A stretch of 58,728 bases of DNA from IMG/VR virus record IMGVR_UViG_3300045988_090936; one strand, 5' to 3'. A program made the position numbers and the translations under genes. Below the pieces are notes generated by a model. The model ran no database searches. It worked only from the letters and a program-made list of their open reading frames with translations, and was not told where the DNA came from. This document shows, in pieces, positions 10,001 to 18,977 of this stretch (within the stretch, counting starts at the first letter, position 1; each line of letters starts with the position of its first letter). The stretch comes from a virus.

Positions 10001-10723
10001 CTACACTCCTTGCTTATTACCCCATACTAAAGTATGAACTTGAGGTAATATAAATACTCTTTCCATATATGAATTAGCAACCATATTTATTAGTTTTTCA
10101 TAATCTGTTAAAACTCTTTTTGATATATCTCCAGCTTCAGTAGTATTAGTATTACCTACGCTTAAGTATAAATCAATATCAACGCCTTTTTCTCTATAAT
10201 AATCAACTAAAGCATAATACTTCATTGCAAATTCAAAATCTTCTTCATTGAATACTGGTATTTTAATTGCTACCTTTTGTTTAATACTTGTTAACAATTT
10301 CATATATTCATTAACTGTTTTATAAACATCAGGTTGTTTACTTGATGGTGCCTTTGGACTGATTACCAATAGGTCTACATCTAATAACCAATCAGGCATT
10401 TTACTTCCTTGTGTTTCTATATCCACAGTAATATTATTATCATGTAAGATATCTATTACTTCTTTGAAATCATATAAACAAGGATTACCACCAGTTAATA
10501 CTACATTGCTGCATTTACTATTATTACATTCTTGTACTAATATATCAGCCAATTCTTTTGTGCCATACCTTTTGATAGAACCATCTATCTTCCAGGCGAA
10601 TTTACTATCGCACCAAGCACATTTGAAATCACATCCTGCTACCCTTACAAATAAAGTTTGCATTCCTACATGTGGTCCTTCTCCTTGAATTGTTGGACCA
10701 AATATTTCAGCAACTGGAATCAT
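10001..10723 (-). CDS. queE: 7-carboxy-7-deazaguanine synthase (radical SAM)
   Basis: TIQGEGPHVGMQTLFVRVAGCDFKCAWCDS cluster motif. Confidence 0.9.
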   Translation of the reverse strand: MIPVAEIFGPTIQGEGPHVGMQTLFVRVAGCDFKCAWCDSKFAWKIDGSIKRYGTKELADILVQECNNSKCSNVVLTGGNPCLYDFKEVIDILHDNNITVDIETQGSKMPDWLLDVDLLVISPKAPSSKQPDVYKTVNEYMKLLTSIKQKVAIKIPVFNEEDFEFAMKYYALVDYYREKGVDIDLYLSVGNTNTTEAGDISKRVLTDYEKLINMVANSYMERVFILPQVHTLVWGNKQGV

Positions 10724-11241
10724 TATAACACTTCCTTTTCATCAAATAATGATAATTGTTCATAATTACTATTTTCTTCCTCTACTTCTTCATAATCTTT
10801 TTCTACTGTGGCATATGAATCAGCTGTTTCATATAATACCATTTTTGTTAACTGAACTTTTTTACTTACATTTAATTCATTATGTAAATAGTTTTCAATT
10901 AACTCTGCAAATACATGAACCATATATTCTGCTGTTGTTGGCTCTTCAAATAACATAACCTTGTTTTCATATCTATCAGCAACTTCTTTATAATCAAGAT
11001 TCTTTTTATCACCAACATAGCATAAAAACATATGATCTGGAAGAACTTCTTTCATAGCTTCTTTTAATAACTTAAAATCAACTACCATTCCAAATTCCGA
11101 ACTATCTCTTGGACCAGTTAATGTTACGTATGCTTTATATGTATGACCATGTAGATTTCTACATTTACCATTATAACCTTCTGGTAAAACATGTGCTGCA
11201 TCAAAATCAATATGCTTTGTTACACTTGTTAAGTTTTCCAT
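10723..11241 (-). CDS. queD: 6-carboxy-5,6,7,8-tetrahydropterin synthase with acidic C-terminal tail
   Basis: FDAAHVLPEGYNGKCRNLHGHTY motif. Confidence 0.85.
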   Translation of the reverse strand: MENLTSVTKHIDFDAAHVLPEGYNGKCRNLHGHTYKAYVTLTGPRDSSEFGMVVDFKLLKEAMKEVLPDHMFLCYVGDKKNLDYKEVADRYENKVMLFEEPTTAEYMVHVFAELIENYLHNELNVSKKVQLTKMVLYETADSYATVEKDYEEVEEENSNYEQLSLFDEKEVL

Positions 11242-11262
11242 ATTATTTCCTCCTTCACTATT

Positions 11263-11270
11263 ATTATACG
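11263..11270 (-). promoter_or_regulatory. CGTATAAT motif copy
   Basis: AATTCGTATAATAATAGTGAAGGAGG upstream of queD. Confidence 0.45.
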
Positions 11271-11272
11271 AA

Positions 11273-11476
11273 TTACTTTTCTTTGATTAACTTATGAATG
11301 TTAATTATTACTAAAATACCATTTAGTAACCATACACTTAAACTGCCAATCAATATTCCATAAATGATAAATAGAATTGCTCCTATTGTATCAAATATTC
11401 TTATTAACTTTTTACTATTCATTGCAAACGCTATTACTATAAATAATGTTGCAATGATTCCTAATACTTCTACCAT
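11273..11476 (-). CDS. 67-aa integral membrane protein with three hydrophobic helices (possible triple-helix-bundle mini-transporter)
   Basis: Three hydrophobic stretches (LGIIATLFIVIAFAM / IGAILFIIYGILIG / VWLLNGILVIINI); translationally coupled inside the que/dpdA operon. Confidence 0.55.
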   Translation of the reverse strand: MVEVLGIIATLFIVIAFAMNSKKLIRIFDTIGAILFIIYGILIGSLSVWLLNGILVIINIHKLIKEK

Positions 11477-11874
11477 CTACTCATATCCTCCCACGGATAA
11501 ACAATCCATTCATCCTTCTTTACATATTCGAAATAATCAAAGAAGCATTGGAATTGTGCTTCCTCTGCTAATTGATTATCTTTCACATACATTGCTGTTA
11601 TAAAATAATTCTTCTCATTCATTAAATCTGAATACTTCTTCATTGTTATACCTGTATCAATAATATCATCAATGATAATACAACCAGGTTGTGGATTCAT
11701 TAGTATTGGTTTATCTATTTCATAAGATAATAAGGTTGCAAGCATTAAACCACCTCTTGGAAATGTAAATATTCCAGGACATTCATCTAAATGAAAGTAT
11801 TGATCTTTTTTAAGTCTATCTACTAAATTATATAGATATTCTTTTACTTCCCACCATTGAACATATTTCTTCAT
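11470..11874 (-). CDS. type I phosphoribosyltransferase, Gpt (xanthine-guanine PRTase)-like
   Basis: PRPP motif CIIIDDIIDTGITM, FPRGGLMLATLL, C-terminal WIVYPWE; overall layout parallels E. coli Gpt. Confidence 0.75.
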   Translation of the reverse strand: MKKYVQWWEVKEYLYNLVDRLKKDQYFHLDECPGIFTFPRGGLMLATLLSYEIDKPILMNPQPGCIIIDDIIDTGITMKKYSDLMNEKNYFITAMYVKDNQLAEEAQFQCFFDYFEYVKKDEWIVYPWEDMSRW

Positions 11875-11883
11875 AATTACCTC

Positions 11884-12786
11884 CTAGAATAATGGCTTTC
11901 TTGTAATCTTATCTTCGTATTTATAATTGTTACAGAAGTCTAATATGTAATAAACATTTATTACTGTTCTATAGATATAGCCTCTTTCTCCAGTTATTTG
12001 ATCTAGGGTAATTCCTAGTTTATCAAGATACTTTTGTAATGTTTTCATTGCTGCATCTGATTTATTAAAGATATGATTCTTTAAATTACTTTGTACATCA
12101 CTTACTGGAATAATACCGTAATCAGTCATAATACTTCCTCTACTAGCACACATAATATGACTTGTACTATCTGCACTTGTTATTGGAAAACTTTTTAATA
12201 ACTTTTGATTAGTCATTCCGAATGTATGTACTTTAATTTTTCTACCAGTTTCTTTTTCAAATTCTTTTATAATTAAGAATACTTTATTTAAGAAATATTC
12301 TATTTGATTTTTAGATGCTCCAACTAAAGCACCAACTGCTATATAATCTTTTCCATATGATAAAATCTTTTTAAGATATTCCCAGCTTTCACCTTCATGG
12401 AAGACTGGTATAAGTTTTTCAGGATACTTTAAATGTTCCATCATATAGTTATAATTCTTTTCGCTGGCTTCTTCTGTTTTATCCCCCTTGAATTTAGGGA
12501 TTACATCTAATGGTGCTATTATATCAACATATTCACCAATCTCATTGATATAAGATATATAACTATCTATATCAACTTCATCTCCTTTAGTACTTACTGT
12601 ATAAGCACCAGAGTCTATAAATAATTTACCAGTATATTCAGGATGTTCTTTTTTATATTCAACAACCCTCTTAATCATTGGTCTATTATTATATTGAGAG
12701 AGCAACATATTACAGTTGTTCTCCATCAATATATTAAATAACAATTCTGAATTCCATCCTACAAAGAAATAATCTAACTTATTCAT
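11884..12786 (-). CDS. dpdA: DpdA-type DNA-guanine transglycosylase
   Basis: LFIDSGAYT motif, TGT-like size, and context with folE/queDEC. Start moved to MNKLDYF behind GGAGG. Confidence 0.75.
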   Translation of the reverse strand: MNKLDYFFVGWNSELLFNILMENNCNMLLSQYNNRPMIKRVVEYKKEHPEYTGKLFIDSGAYTVSTKGDEVDIDSYISYINEIGEYVDIIAPLDVIPKFKGDKTEEASEKNYNYMMEHLKYPEKLIPVFHEGESWEYLKKILSYGKDYIAVGALVGASKNQIEYFLNKVFLIIKEFEKETGRKIKVHTFGMTNQKLLKSFPITSADSTSHIMCASRGSIMTDYGIIPVSDVQSNLKNHIFNKSDAAMKTLQKYLDKLGITLDQITGERGYIYRTVINVYYILDFCNNYKYEDKITRKPLF

Positions 12787-14005
12787 CTGATACCTCCACA
12801 TCTTTTTGGCATAATGGATCTATCAAACCATTTCTTCTAAATGCTGTTTCTCTCATAAAACATGGTCCACAATGATGGCAAGGTTCTTCTCCATCCCTAT
12901 AACAAGACCAAGTATATTGAAATGGTGCATTATACTCATTACCGAATGCCACTATTTCATGTTTCATAAGATTTCCTACTGGAGTTTCTATATCAACATA
13001 TTTACCATTTTGTACAGCCCCATATAAACAAGAGTTAAAATCTTTTATGAATTGGTTTTCATTATCTGGATATGCTCCACCTTCTTCTAGGTTTGTTCCT
13101 AATAGAATATGACTATATCCATTTGCCTCACAGAATCCTACTGCTAATGATAACATTATTAAGTTTCTTGCAGGTACCCATTCATAAGCATATTCAGCAC
13201 CTTCAATTCCATCTTTGATATCTTTCTTATCTCCAAATAATGCTGATTGCTTATTCATAAAGGACATATCTATTGGAATAACTTTATAATCACATCCTAG
13301 GTATTCAGCAATTTTCTTAATACATTCTAATTCTTTACTTTCAGCGATACAACCATATTGGTAATGTAATAGAATAGTATTCTTTGCTCCATATTTAGCA
13401 CAAGTATATGCTGCTACAGCTGTACTATCTAATCCACCTGAGCATACTACTGCTGCTTTACCTGTATCCTCTCTAGGTATTGGTAATGATTCTCCTGTTT
13501 CTTCATCTAGTATTGAATATGGTTCTAACCTCTTAACATTTTCTATTCCTTCTAAATGATTTTTATAACTTGAAAATATAAAATTCTCTTTTCCTGGGTT
13601 AGCATAGAAAATAGGTTTATAATTACAAGCAAGATAGAAATGTCCGTTTGGTTTCATTATTGCTAATGCATATGAACCTTTCAATTTTTGAATACTTTTT
13701 TGTAATGTATAGATATTACTAAAATCTAATACTTTAGATATAATGTAACTATCTATCATACCTTCCTTATTTCCCAACTCTTTATCATTTGCAATAGTAC
13801 CATTATGCACTACCTTATAATCTGTTCCGAATGGTTGGTTAAACTCGGAACTTTCAACTTCAGTTGTTGGAACTGCTCTATGATTACAAATCCAACTTCC
13901 TTTACGATAGAAGATATTACTATAATCTCTTCCTCTATCTAGTGCTCTATTGAACACTTTTATTGCTTCTTGGTCAAACTTACGACCACCACAAATTGAA
14001 CACAT
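12779..14005 (-). CDS. queC: Gat-QueC fusion (class II glutamine amidotransferase + 7-cyano-7-deazaguanine synthase domain)
   Basis: Starts MCSICGG (N-terminal Cys) behind AAAGGAGG. Also HNGTIAND, PP-loop VCSGGLDST and the zinc motif CHHCGPC. Confidence 0.85.
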   Translation of the reverse strand: MCSICGGRKFDQEAIKVFNRALDRGRDYSNIFYRKGSWICNHRAVPTTEVESSEFNQPFGTDYKVVHNGTIANDKELGNKEGMIDSYIISKVLDFSNIYTLQKSIQKLKGSYALAIMKPNGHFYLACNYKPIFYANPGKENFIFSSYKNHLEGIENVKRLEPYSILDEETGESLPIPREDTGKAAVVCSGGLDSTAVAAYTCAKYGAKNTILLHYQYGCIAESKELECIKKIAEYLGCDYKVIPIDMSFMNKQSALFGDKKDIKDGIEGAEYAYEWVPARNLIMLSLAVGFCEANGYSHILLGTNLEEGGAYPDNENQFIKDFNSCLYGAVQNGKYVDIETPVGNLMKHEIVAFGNEYNAPFQYTWSCYRDGEEPCHHCGPCFMRETAFRRNGLIDPLCQKDVEVSDE

Positions 14006-14066
14006 ATCTTTTCCTCCTTTTAGTTTTTCAAGTGGATTGGGTTGTGGATACCTTCCACCTAATATT

Positions 14067-14074
14067 ATTATACG
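14067..14074 (-). promoter_or_regulatory. CGTATAAT motif copy
   Basis: ATACGTATAATAATATTAGGTGG, overlapping the polA stop and upstream of gat-queC. Confidence 0.4.
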
Positions 14075-16344
14075 TATATACTTTCCCCATACCAGCAAGC
14101 TGATATTTCTGCATCACATTTCATTGGAACTGAACATCTATCATTTGACTCTATCATTACTTGGGATAATAATTCTGTTACCCTCTTAACATTCTCAATA
14201 GGACATTCTCCTATATTTTCATCATGAACTGACATCAATAATCTAAAACCTAATTCATTTAGTTCTTTATGATTATACAATGCCACCATTGCTCTTTTTG
14301 TCATATCGGCAGCAGAACCTTGAACTATTCCATTAACTACTTGTCTTTCACTAGATGCCAACCAAGCTCCATTATCTTCAATGATTATTCCATTTGCTAA
14401 TGCATCATCCATTATTTTCTTTCTTTGATTAAATGATGCTTTTTCTAATTGTTTATTGTAATAATCTTTTATCTTTTGACTTACTTCATTATCTGCTTCT
14501 TCATCCGAATCAAATAATGGGTCAAAGTTAATTGGTCTGTTAACCCCATACTTATATTCATATCTTTCTTTTTGAATATATTTAAGATATCTTCTTCTTC
14601 CCCATAAAGTAGTTGTATAACCAGTTTTCTTTGCTTCGGCTTTGGCTTTTTCTATGTATTCCTTTATCTTTGGAAAACCTTCAAATAAGGAATTAGAAAT
14701 TTCTCTTGCTTCTTCTGTTGTTATTCCTAACTGTTCAGCAACTGAAGCATCTCCTCTACCGTACATTAACCCTAGAACAACTCCTTTAATATTACTTCTT
14801 CTTTTCTTACCTTCTTTATTGGTTGTACCATCAGGATAGAATTCTTTACAATCCTCATAAGGAACATGAAATGCTATACTCGCCATTGTTGAGTATAAAT
14901 CTTTTCCTGTCTTATAGGCATTTATCATATTCTCATCCCCACATAAATGTGCAAGTATTCTTGGCTCTTGTTGGGAATAATCGGCACCTACCATGTAATA
15001 ACCATCAGTGGCTTTAAACATACATCTAATTCCACCATCTCTTGGTATATTTTGTAAGTTAGGGTCTGAAGAACTAAATCTTCCGGTGTCAGCACCATTT
15101 TGATTAAATGAAGCATGTAATCTACCTGTTACCTTTTCAATCTTGGCTGGTATTGCTTCAATATAGGTACTTAATAATTTTTTAATAGTTCTATATTCTA
15201 AAATAGCATTAGTTAATGGTAAGTTAATATGTTTCAAAGCTGCTTCATCTACAGCTCTTGGATTATCTTTGTTACCACTTTGACATCCAATGATATCATA
15301 TAACAATATTGCTAATTGTTCAGGACTATTAAAGTTTATTGGATTTTGTAACTTGGTATTATAATGTATCATTCTGAATTTAACTATATTATCTTCATAC
15401 AATGCTATATTATCCTCTACCTCTTTAGTTACCTTTTCCATTTTCTCATTGTATTCTTTATTTAGTTTATCAGCAAGTTCCATATCTATTGCTACTCCAG
15501 TTCTTTGCATTGATGCTGTTACCTGGATTAAAGGAACTTCAACTTCTCTAAATAATTTATACATTTCAGCATTCTCTGGTCTTTCAAAGAATTCTTTTTG
15601 ATGTTCATAAAGTTTATAAGTCATCCAAGCATCTCTTGCGGCATAAATATATCCACTTTCAATTGGTACTTGGTCAAATCTTAAACCTTCAAACAAATCA
15701 TTAAAATGTGATAGAGTTTCTATCTTATCTTTATTTTCTAAATGACTACAATATTTACTGTATTGGTCTTTCAAACTTCTTTTGAATTCATCATTAGTTA
15801 TTAAATAACTTGCAACCAATGTATCCCAATATGGACAGTTCATTTTAGAATCTAGAAAAGTTTCAAGCATATTGATATCGAACTTACCATTGTGGTAAAT
15901 GAATTTAATGTTTTCATTAACGCATTGTTTCATTTTATCCTTAACAAATTCTATATCAGCTTGATTTTCAAGTCTCTTATTATAAATACTTGAAATATGA
16001 TTTAGAGGGATATAGGAAGCTTTTTCTCCCTCTGTATATAAACATATTCCAACAATTATATCTTCAAAAAAGTTTAATCCTGTAGTTTCTGTATCTATTG
16101 CTGCTATTCCATTGGCTCTTATATGCTCGAAGTATTCTTCAATTTCTTCATTGCTGATTAGTATTCTATAATCATCTTTATATTCTCCAAGGTTTTCGCT
16201 GATTCTTTCTCTTATTGCATTTATTCTTGCTAATAGATTATTGCTCTTTGAAGTTTTCTTATTTTGAGACTTTTTTAATGCCTTCTCTTTTAACATCCTA
16301 TCCATTTCTTTTGAAGTTCTTGAATAAGTATCAAAGAGAGCCAT
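14068..16344 (-). CDS. polA: family A DNA polymerase with 3-prime-5-prime exonuclease domain
   Basis: IAAIDTETTGL (Exo I), RLHASFNQNGADTGRFSSSDPNLQNIP (motif A region), RRSNIKGVVLGLMYG (motif B), MSVHDE (motif C). Confidence 0.92.
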   Translation of the reverse strand: MALFDTYSRTSKEMDRMLKEKALKKSQNKKTSKSNNLLARINAIRERISENLGEYKDDYRILISNEEIEEYFEHIRANGIAAIDTETTGLNFFEDIIVGICLYTEGEKASYIPLNHISSIYNKRLENQADIEFVKDKMKQCVNENIKFIYHNGKFDINMLETFLDSKMNCPYWDTLVASYLITNDEFKRSLKDQYSKYCSHLENKDKIETLSHFNDLFEGLRFDQVPIESGYIYAARDAWMTYKLYEHQKEFFERPENAEMYKLFREVEVPLIQVTASMQRTGVAIDMELADKLNKEYNEKMEKVTKEVEDNIALYEDNIVKFRMIHYNTKLQNPINFNSPEQLAILLYDIIGCQSGNKDNPRAVDEAALKHINLPLTNAILEYRTIKKLLSTYIEAIPAKIEKVTGRLHASFNQNGADTGRFSSSDPNLQNIPRDGGIRCMFKATDGYYMVGADYSQQEPRILAHLCGDENMINAYKTGKDLYSTMASIAFHVPYEDCKEFYPDGTTNKEGKKRRSNIKGVVLGLMYGRGDASVAEQLGITTEEAREISNSLFEGFPKIKEYIEKAKAEAKKTGYTTTLWGRRRYLKYIQKERYEYKYGVNRPINFDPLFDSDEEADNEVSQKIKDYYNKQLEKASFNQRKKIMDDALANGIIIEDNGAWLASSERQVVNGIVQGSAADMTKRAMVALYNHKELNELGFRLLMSVHDENIGECPIENVKRVTELLSQVMIESNDRCSVPMKCDAEISACWYGESIYV

Positions 16345-16346
16345 AA

Positions 16347-17147
16347 CTAGTACCCGCCGTTACCGTTATTTATAGTTCTACGATTATTATTCATTGGTGC
16401 AGCTGGTTGTTGGTAACCATAATTAGGTTGTGGACCATAACCTTGTGGTACTCCATATTGTTGTGGAGCTGGTTGGCTATAATCTTCAACTCTAGCTGGT
16501 TGACCAAAGTTATTATAGTTATTACCTCTTGGTTGGATACCTGGGTTTTGTACTGGAGCTTCTTGATTATTACCTGGAAGTACTCCTGTTCTTGTAAAGT
16601 TATCCATTTCATCATATGATAACTCTTTAATTATTCCTTGTTCAACTACATCAATAGGTTCTCCTAATTGTTCTAAAGTAGTTCCATCAACTGGTAATGG
16701 AATAACTGAATAAGTTGTTCTAGGATCTCCCTTTGCTCCATTTCTTTTAATCTTAAATGGAATTGAACATAATGGAGTATCTTTATACTCTATAAATAGT
16801 GGTTGTAATGTCTTTTCAAAGAATGAACCACCTCTTTGCCATACCTGTGCCTCATTTGCATCTTGGTTAAACACATTTAGATAAACACTCTTTCTAATTG
16901 GGTTTCCTGATGCACATAAAGGACATACAGATAATGGTGCTGAATTATCAGGTCTTAAACAACTGATAACCTTTCTGTTTCCTTCACTATCCTGTACTTC
17001 GTGAATAGTATCTACAATAATTTCTTCTAATGAATTATACATGAATCTAACTACTGCAGAATCACCATCATTACTTAAAGATAGAAAGTTAGTTCTTCCA
17101 CCACCTGATGGAAATTGCGCTGCTTGGGCTGGATTTAATCTTGCCAT
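16347..17147 (-). CDS. gp32-like ssDNA-binding protein with a Q/N/G/Y/P-rich C-terminal tail
   Basis: AVVRFM..., H-x13-C-x12-CPLC zinc-motif layout reminiscent of T4 gp32; sits next to the polymerase. Confidence 0.5.
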   Translation of the reverse strand: MARLNPAQAAQFPSGGGRTNFLSLSNDGDSAVVRFMYNSLEEIIVDTIHEVQDSEGNRKVISCLRPDNSAPLSVCPLCASGNPIRKSVYLNVFNQDANEAQVWQRGGSFFEKTLQPLFIEYKDTPLCSIPFKIKRNGAKGDPRTTYSVIPLPVDGTTLEQLGEPIDVVEQGIIKELSYDEMDNFTRTGVLPGNNQEAPVQNPGIQPRGNNYNNFGQPARVEDYSQPAPQQYGVPQGYGPQPNYGYQQPAAPMNNNRRTINNGNGGY

Positions 17148-17180
17148 AATTTTTCCTCCTTCATTTTGCTTCCTATATTT

Positions 17181-17188
17181 ATTATACG
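17181..17188 (-). promoter_or_regulatory. CGTATAAT motif copy
   Basis: T8-ATTCCTCGTATAATAAAT directly after a terminator, upstream of the SSB gene. Confidence 0.5.
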
Positions 17189-17193
17189 AGGAA

Positions 17194-17227
17194 TAAAAAA
17201 AAGAAGGATTATAAAGTAAATCCTTCT
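17194..17227 (-). terminator. rho-independent terminator
   Basis: Minus strand AGAAGGATT-tactttat-AATCCTTCT followed by T8; overlaps the stop of 17209..17796. Confidence 0.7.
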
Positions 17228-17796
17228 GAATAATTATTCGATAGTTTAAATTGTAAATTACTTAATAGTTCTTTATATTGTTTTAAAGTAATATTTAAGT
17301 GTTTACTAATCTCATTAGATTTATAACCGGCATCTATAAGTTTAACTAATGCTGATTCCAATCTGTTTAAATCATTTTCACTTATGAAATCATCTACTGT
17401 GAAATAATCTATTTCTCTTGATGGTTCATAGTTAATCTCCTCTTTTAATTGATCTAATGAATATGCTGATTCATTAAACTCATATTTCTTTGTTCTTTGC
17501 TTTTCTATGTAAGATATATATTCACATCTTAAAGCATTACCATAATAAGTTAATACCTTACCTTTACCACTGTTTAGTTTTGGAAGGCATCTAAATAATA
17601 CCTCCATCGCAATACTCATTTTATCTTCATATGGTATTGTAACATATTTGCTGCCAATACTTACACTGAATGCCTTAACCCCATACCATAATTGATTAAA
17701 ATATAATTCATTCTTTGTTGAGTTATACAATTCTGCTAACTCCTCTAAATTAAAACCTTGTACCCCTGATATTTCATTTTCACTTTTCATCTTCAT
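17209..17796 (-). CDS. sigma-factor-like transcription regulator (region 4-type HTH)
   Basis: C-terminal LESALVKLIDAGYKSNEISKHLNITLKQYKELLSNL HTH; has its own TTGATT-N17-TATATT promoter. Confidence 0.45.
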   Translation of the reverse strand: MKMKSENEISGVQGFNLEELAELYNSTKNELYFNQLWYGVKAFSVSIGSKYVTIPYEDKMSIAMEVLFRCLPKLNSGKGKVLTYYGNALRCEYISYIEKQRTKKYEFNESAYSLDQLKEEINYEPSREIDYFTVDDFISENDLNRLESALVKLIDAGYKSNEISKHLNITLKQYKELLSNLQFKLSNNYSEGFTL

Positions 17797-17942
17797 AATT
17801 TCTTTTACCTTTCACCTTTCAATAATTATGGATTGAAATATCATTAAACTTTTGTAAAAGTAATAAACCTAATTTAATTAGTTCACCACCCTTCCTGGAA
17901 TAAAACAATCACATCAGAATATCTTATCCTATCCATGTTATA

Positions 17943-17971
17943 AATATATGATATTGAAATTAAAAAATCAA
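17943..17971 (-). promoter_or_regulatory. housekeeping-sigma-type promoter (TTGATT-17 nt-TATATT)
   Basis: Minus strand TTGATTTTTTAATTTCAATATCATATATT with an A-rich upstream element, in the 212-bp gap upstream of 17796. Confidence 0.55.
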
Positions 17972-18008
17972 TAGTTTTTTCCATAATTTTTTAATTTCTT
18001 TTTTCGCC

Positions 18009-18977
18009 CTATTCATAATCCCTTAATTTACAAGGGACTTTCAAGAATTCGTCAAGTGTCAAATCATTGACATCTTTTCCTTCCGGCATCAAATATTCAT
18101 AAACGATTTTACCTTTTGAAATATTTTTACATAATTTTCTTGCACCATTTCTTCCAGCATTATCTCCATCAAGACATAAGTATACTGTTCTAAATGGTAA
18201 CTGATTTATTAAATCATATTGATAATTACTTCCTGTTCCCATTAAAGCAATAGCATTATAACCCCATTTCGCTAGAGTTAATGCGTTAAAGAATGATTCA
18301 CAGATAAATATATCGGGTTTGTTATAATCTAATTCATATACTCCGTATAACGGTTTATTTCTAGATGATGGTAAGATAAACATTTTACCAATTACAGAAC
18401 GCTTGGCTATAAATAGGGTTCTTCCATTTATATCTCTTATCGGAAATGTTATACTATTACTTACTCTATCATAACCAATATCATACTTCTCTATTATCTC
18501 ATTTGTTAAACCTCTTTTGTACATATATGGGTGGTAGTATCTATATTGTTGTAATAATGCCTCTTCAACAAATTGTTTAAGTGCTTCTTGACTTCTTCCA
18601 CTTTGTCTAGCTGGAATATAGACATTCAATTTCCTGGTATAAGTTACATCAAAGTTTTGTAATATCCAGTTAACCCCTTCAGTACCATCATCTTGTACTC
18701 CTAGTATTCTTGATATAAAAGTTTCTAAAGTACCTTTATACCCACAAGTAAAACAATGGACCCATATCTTACCATCTACCGGTTCATTATTTACACCACA
18801 AGATGGTTTTCTTTCTTCCCCGTGTTTATGGAAAGGACAGGTTACCATTGTATTTGTATATACATCTCTTATATCTCTAAAGATTTCATTTCCATCACGA
18901 TTTTTGATATAATTCTTTAACTCATTTAGAATATCAGTTGTAGTGGCATTTATTTGCCTATTATTTATAGTTAACAT
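18009..18977 (-). CDS. dnaG: DnaG-type DNA primase (CHC2 zinc finger + TOPRIM)
   Basis: CPFHKHGEERKPSCGV; ICESFFNALT; CLDGDNAGRNG. Confidence 0.85.
   Translation of the reverse strand: MLTINNRQINATTTDILNELKNYIKNRDGNEIFRDIRDVYTNTMVTCPFHKHGEERKPSCGVNNEPVDGKIWVHCFTCGYKGTLETFISRILGVQDDGTEGVNWILQNFDVTYTRKLNVYIPARQSGRSQEALKQFVEEALLQQYRYYHPYMYKRGLTNEIIEKYDIGYDRVSNSITFPIRDINGRTLFIAKRSVIGKMFILPSSRNKPLYGVYELDYNKPDIFICESFFNALTLAKWGYNAIALMGTGSNYQYDLINQLPFRTVYLCLDGDNAGRNGARKLCKNISKGKIVYEYLMPEGKDVNDLTLDEFLKVPCKLRDYE

Noticed and set aside
16391-16615. Alternative-frame minus-strand ORF (74 aa) inside the SSB-like gene
   Set aside because: It lies entirely within the repetitive Q/N/G/Y/P-coding tail of 16347..17147. 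It has no RBS and its translation is compositionally odd, so it is most likely a frame shadow.
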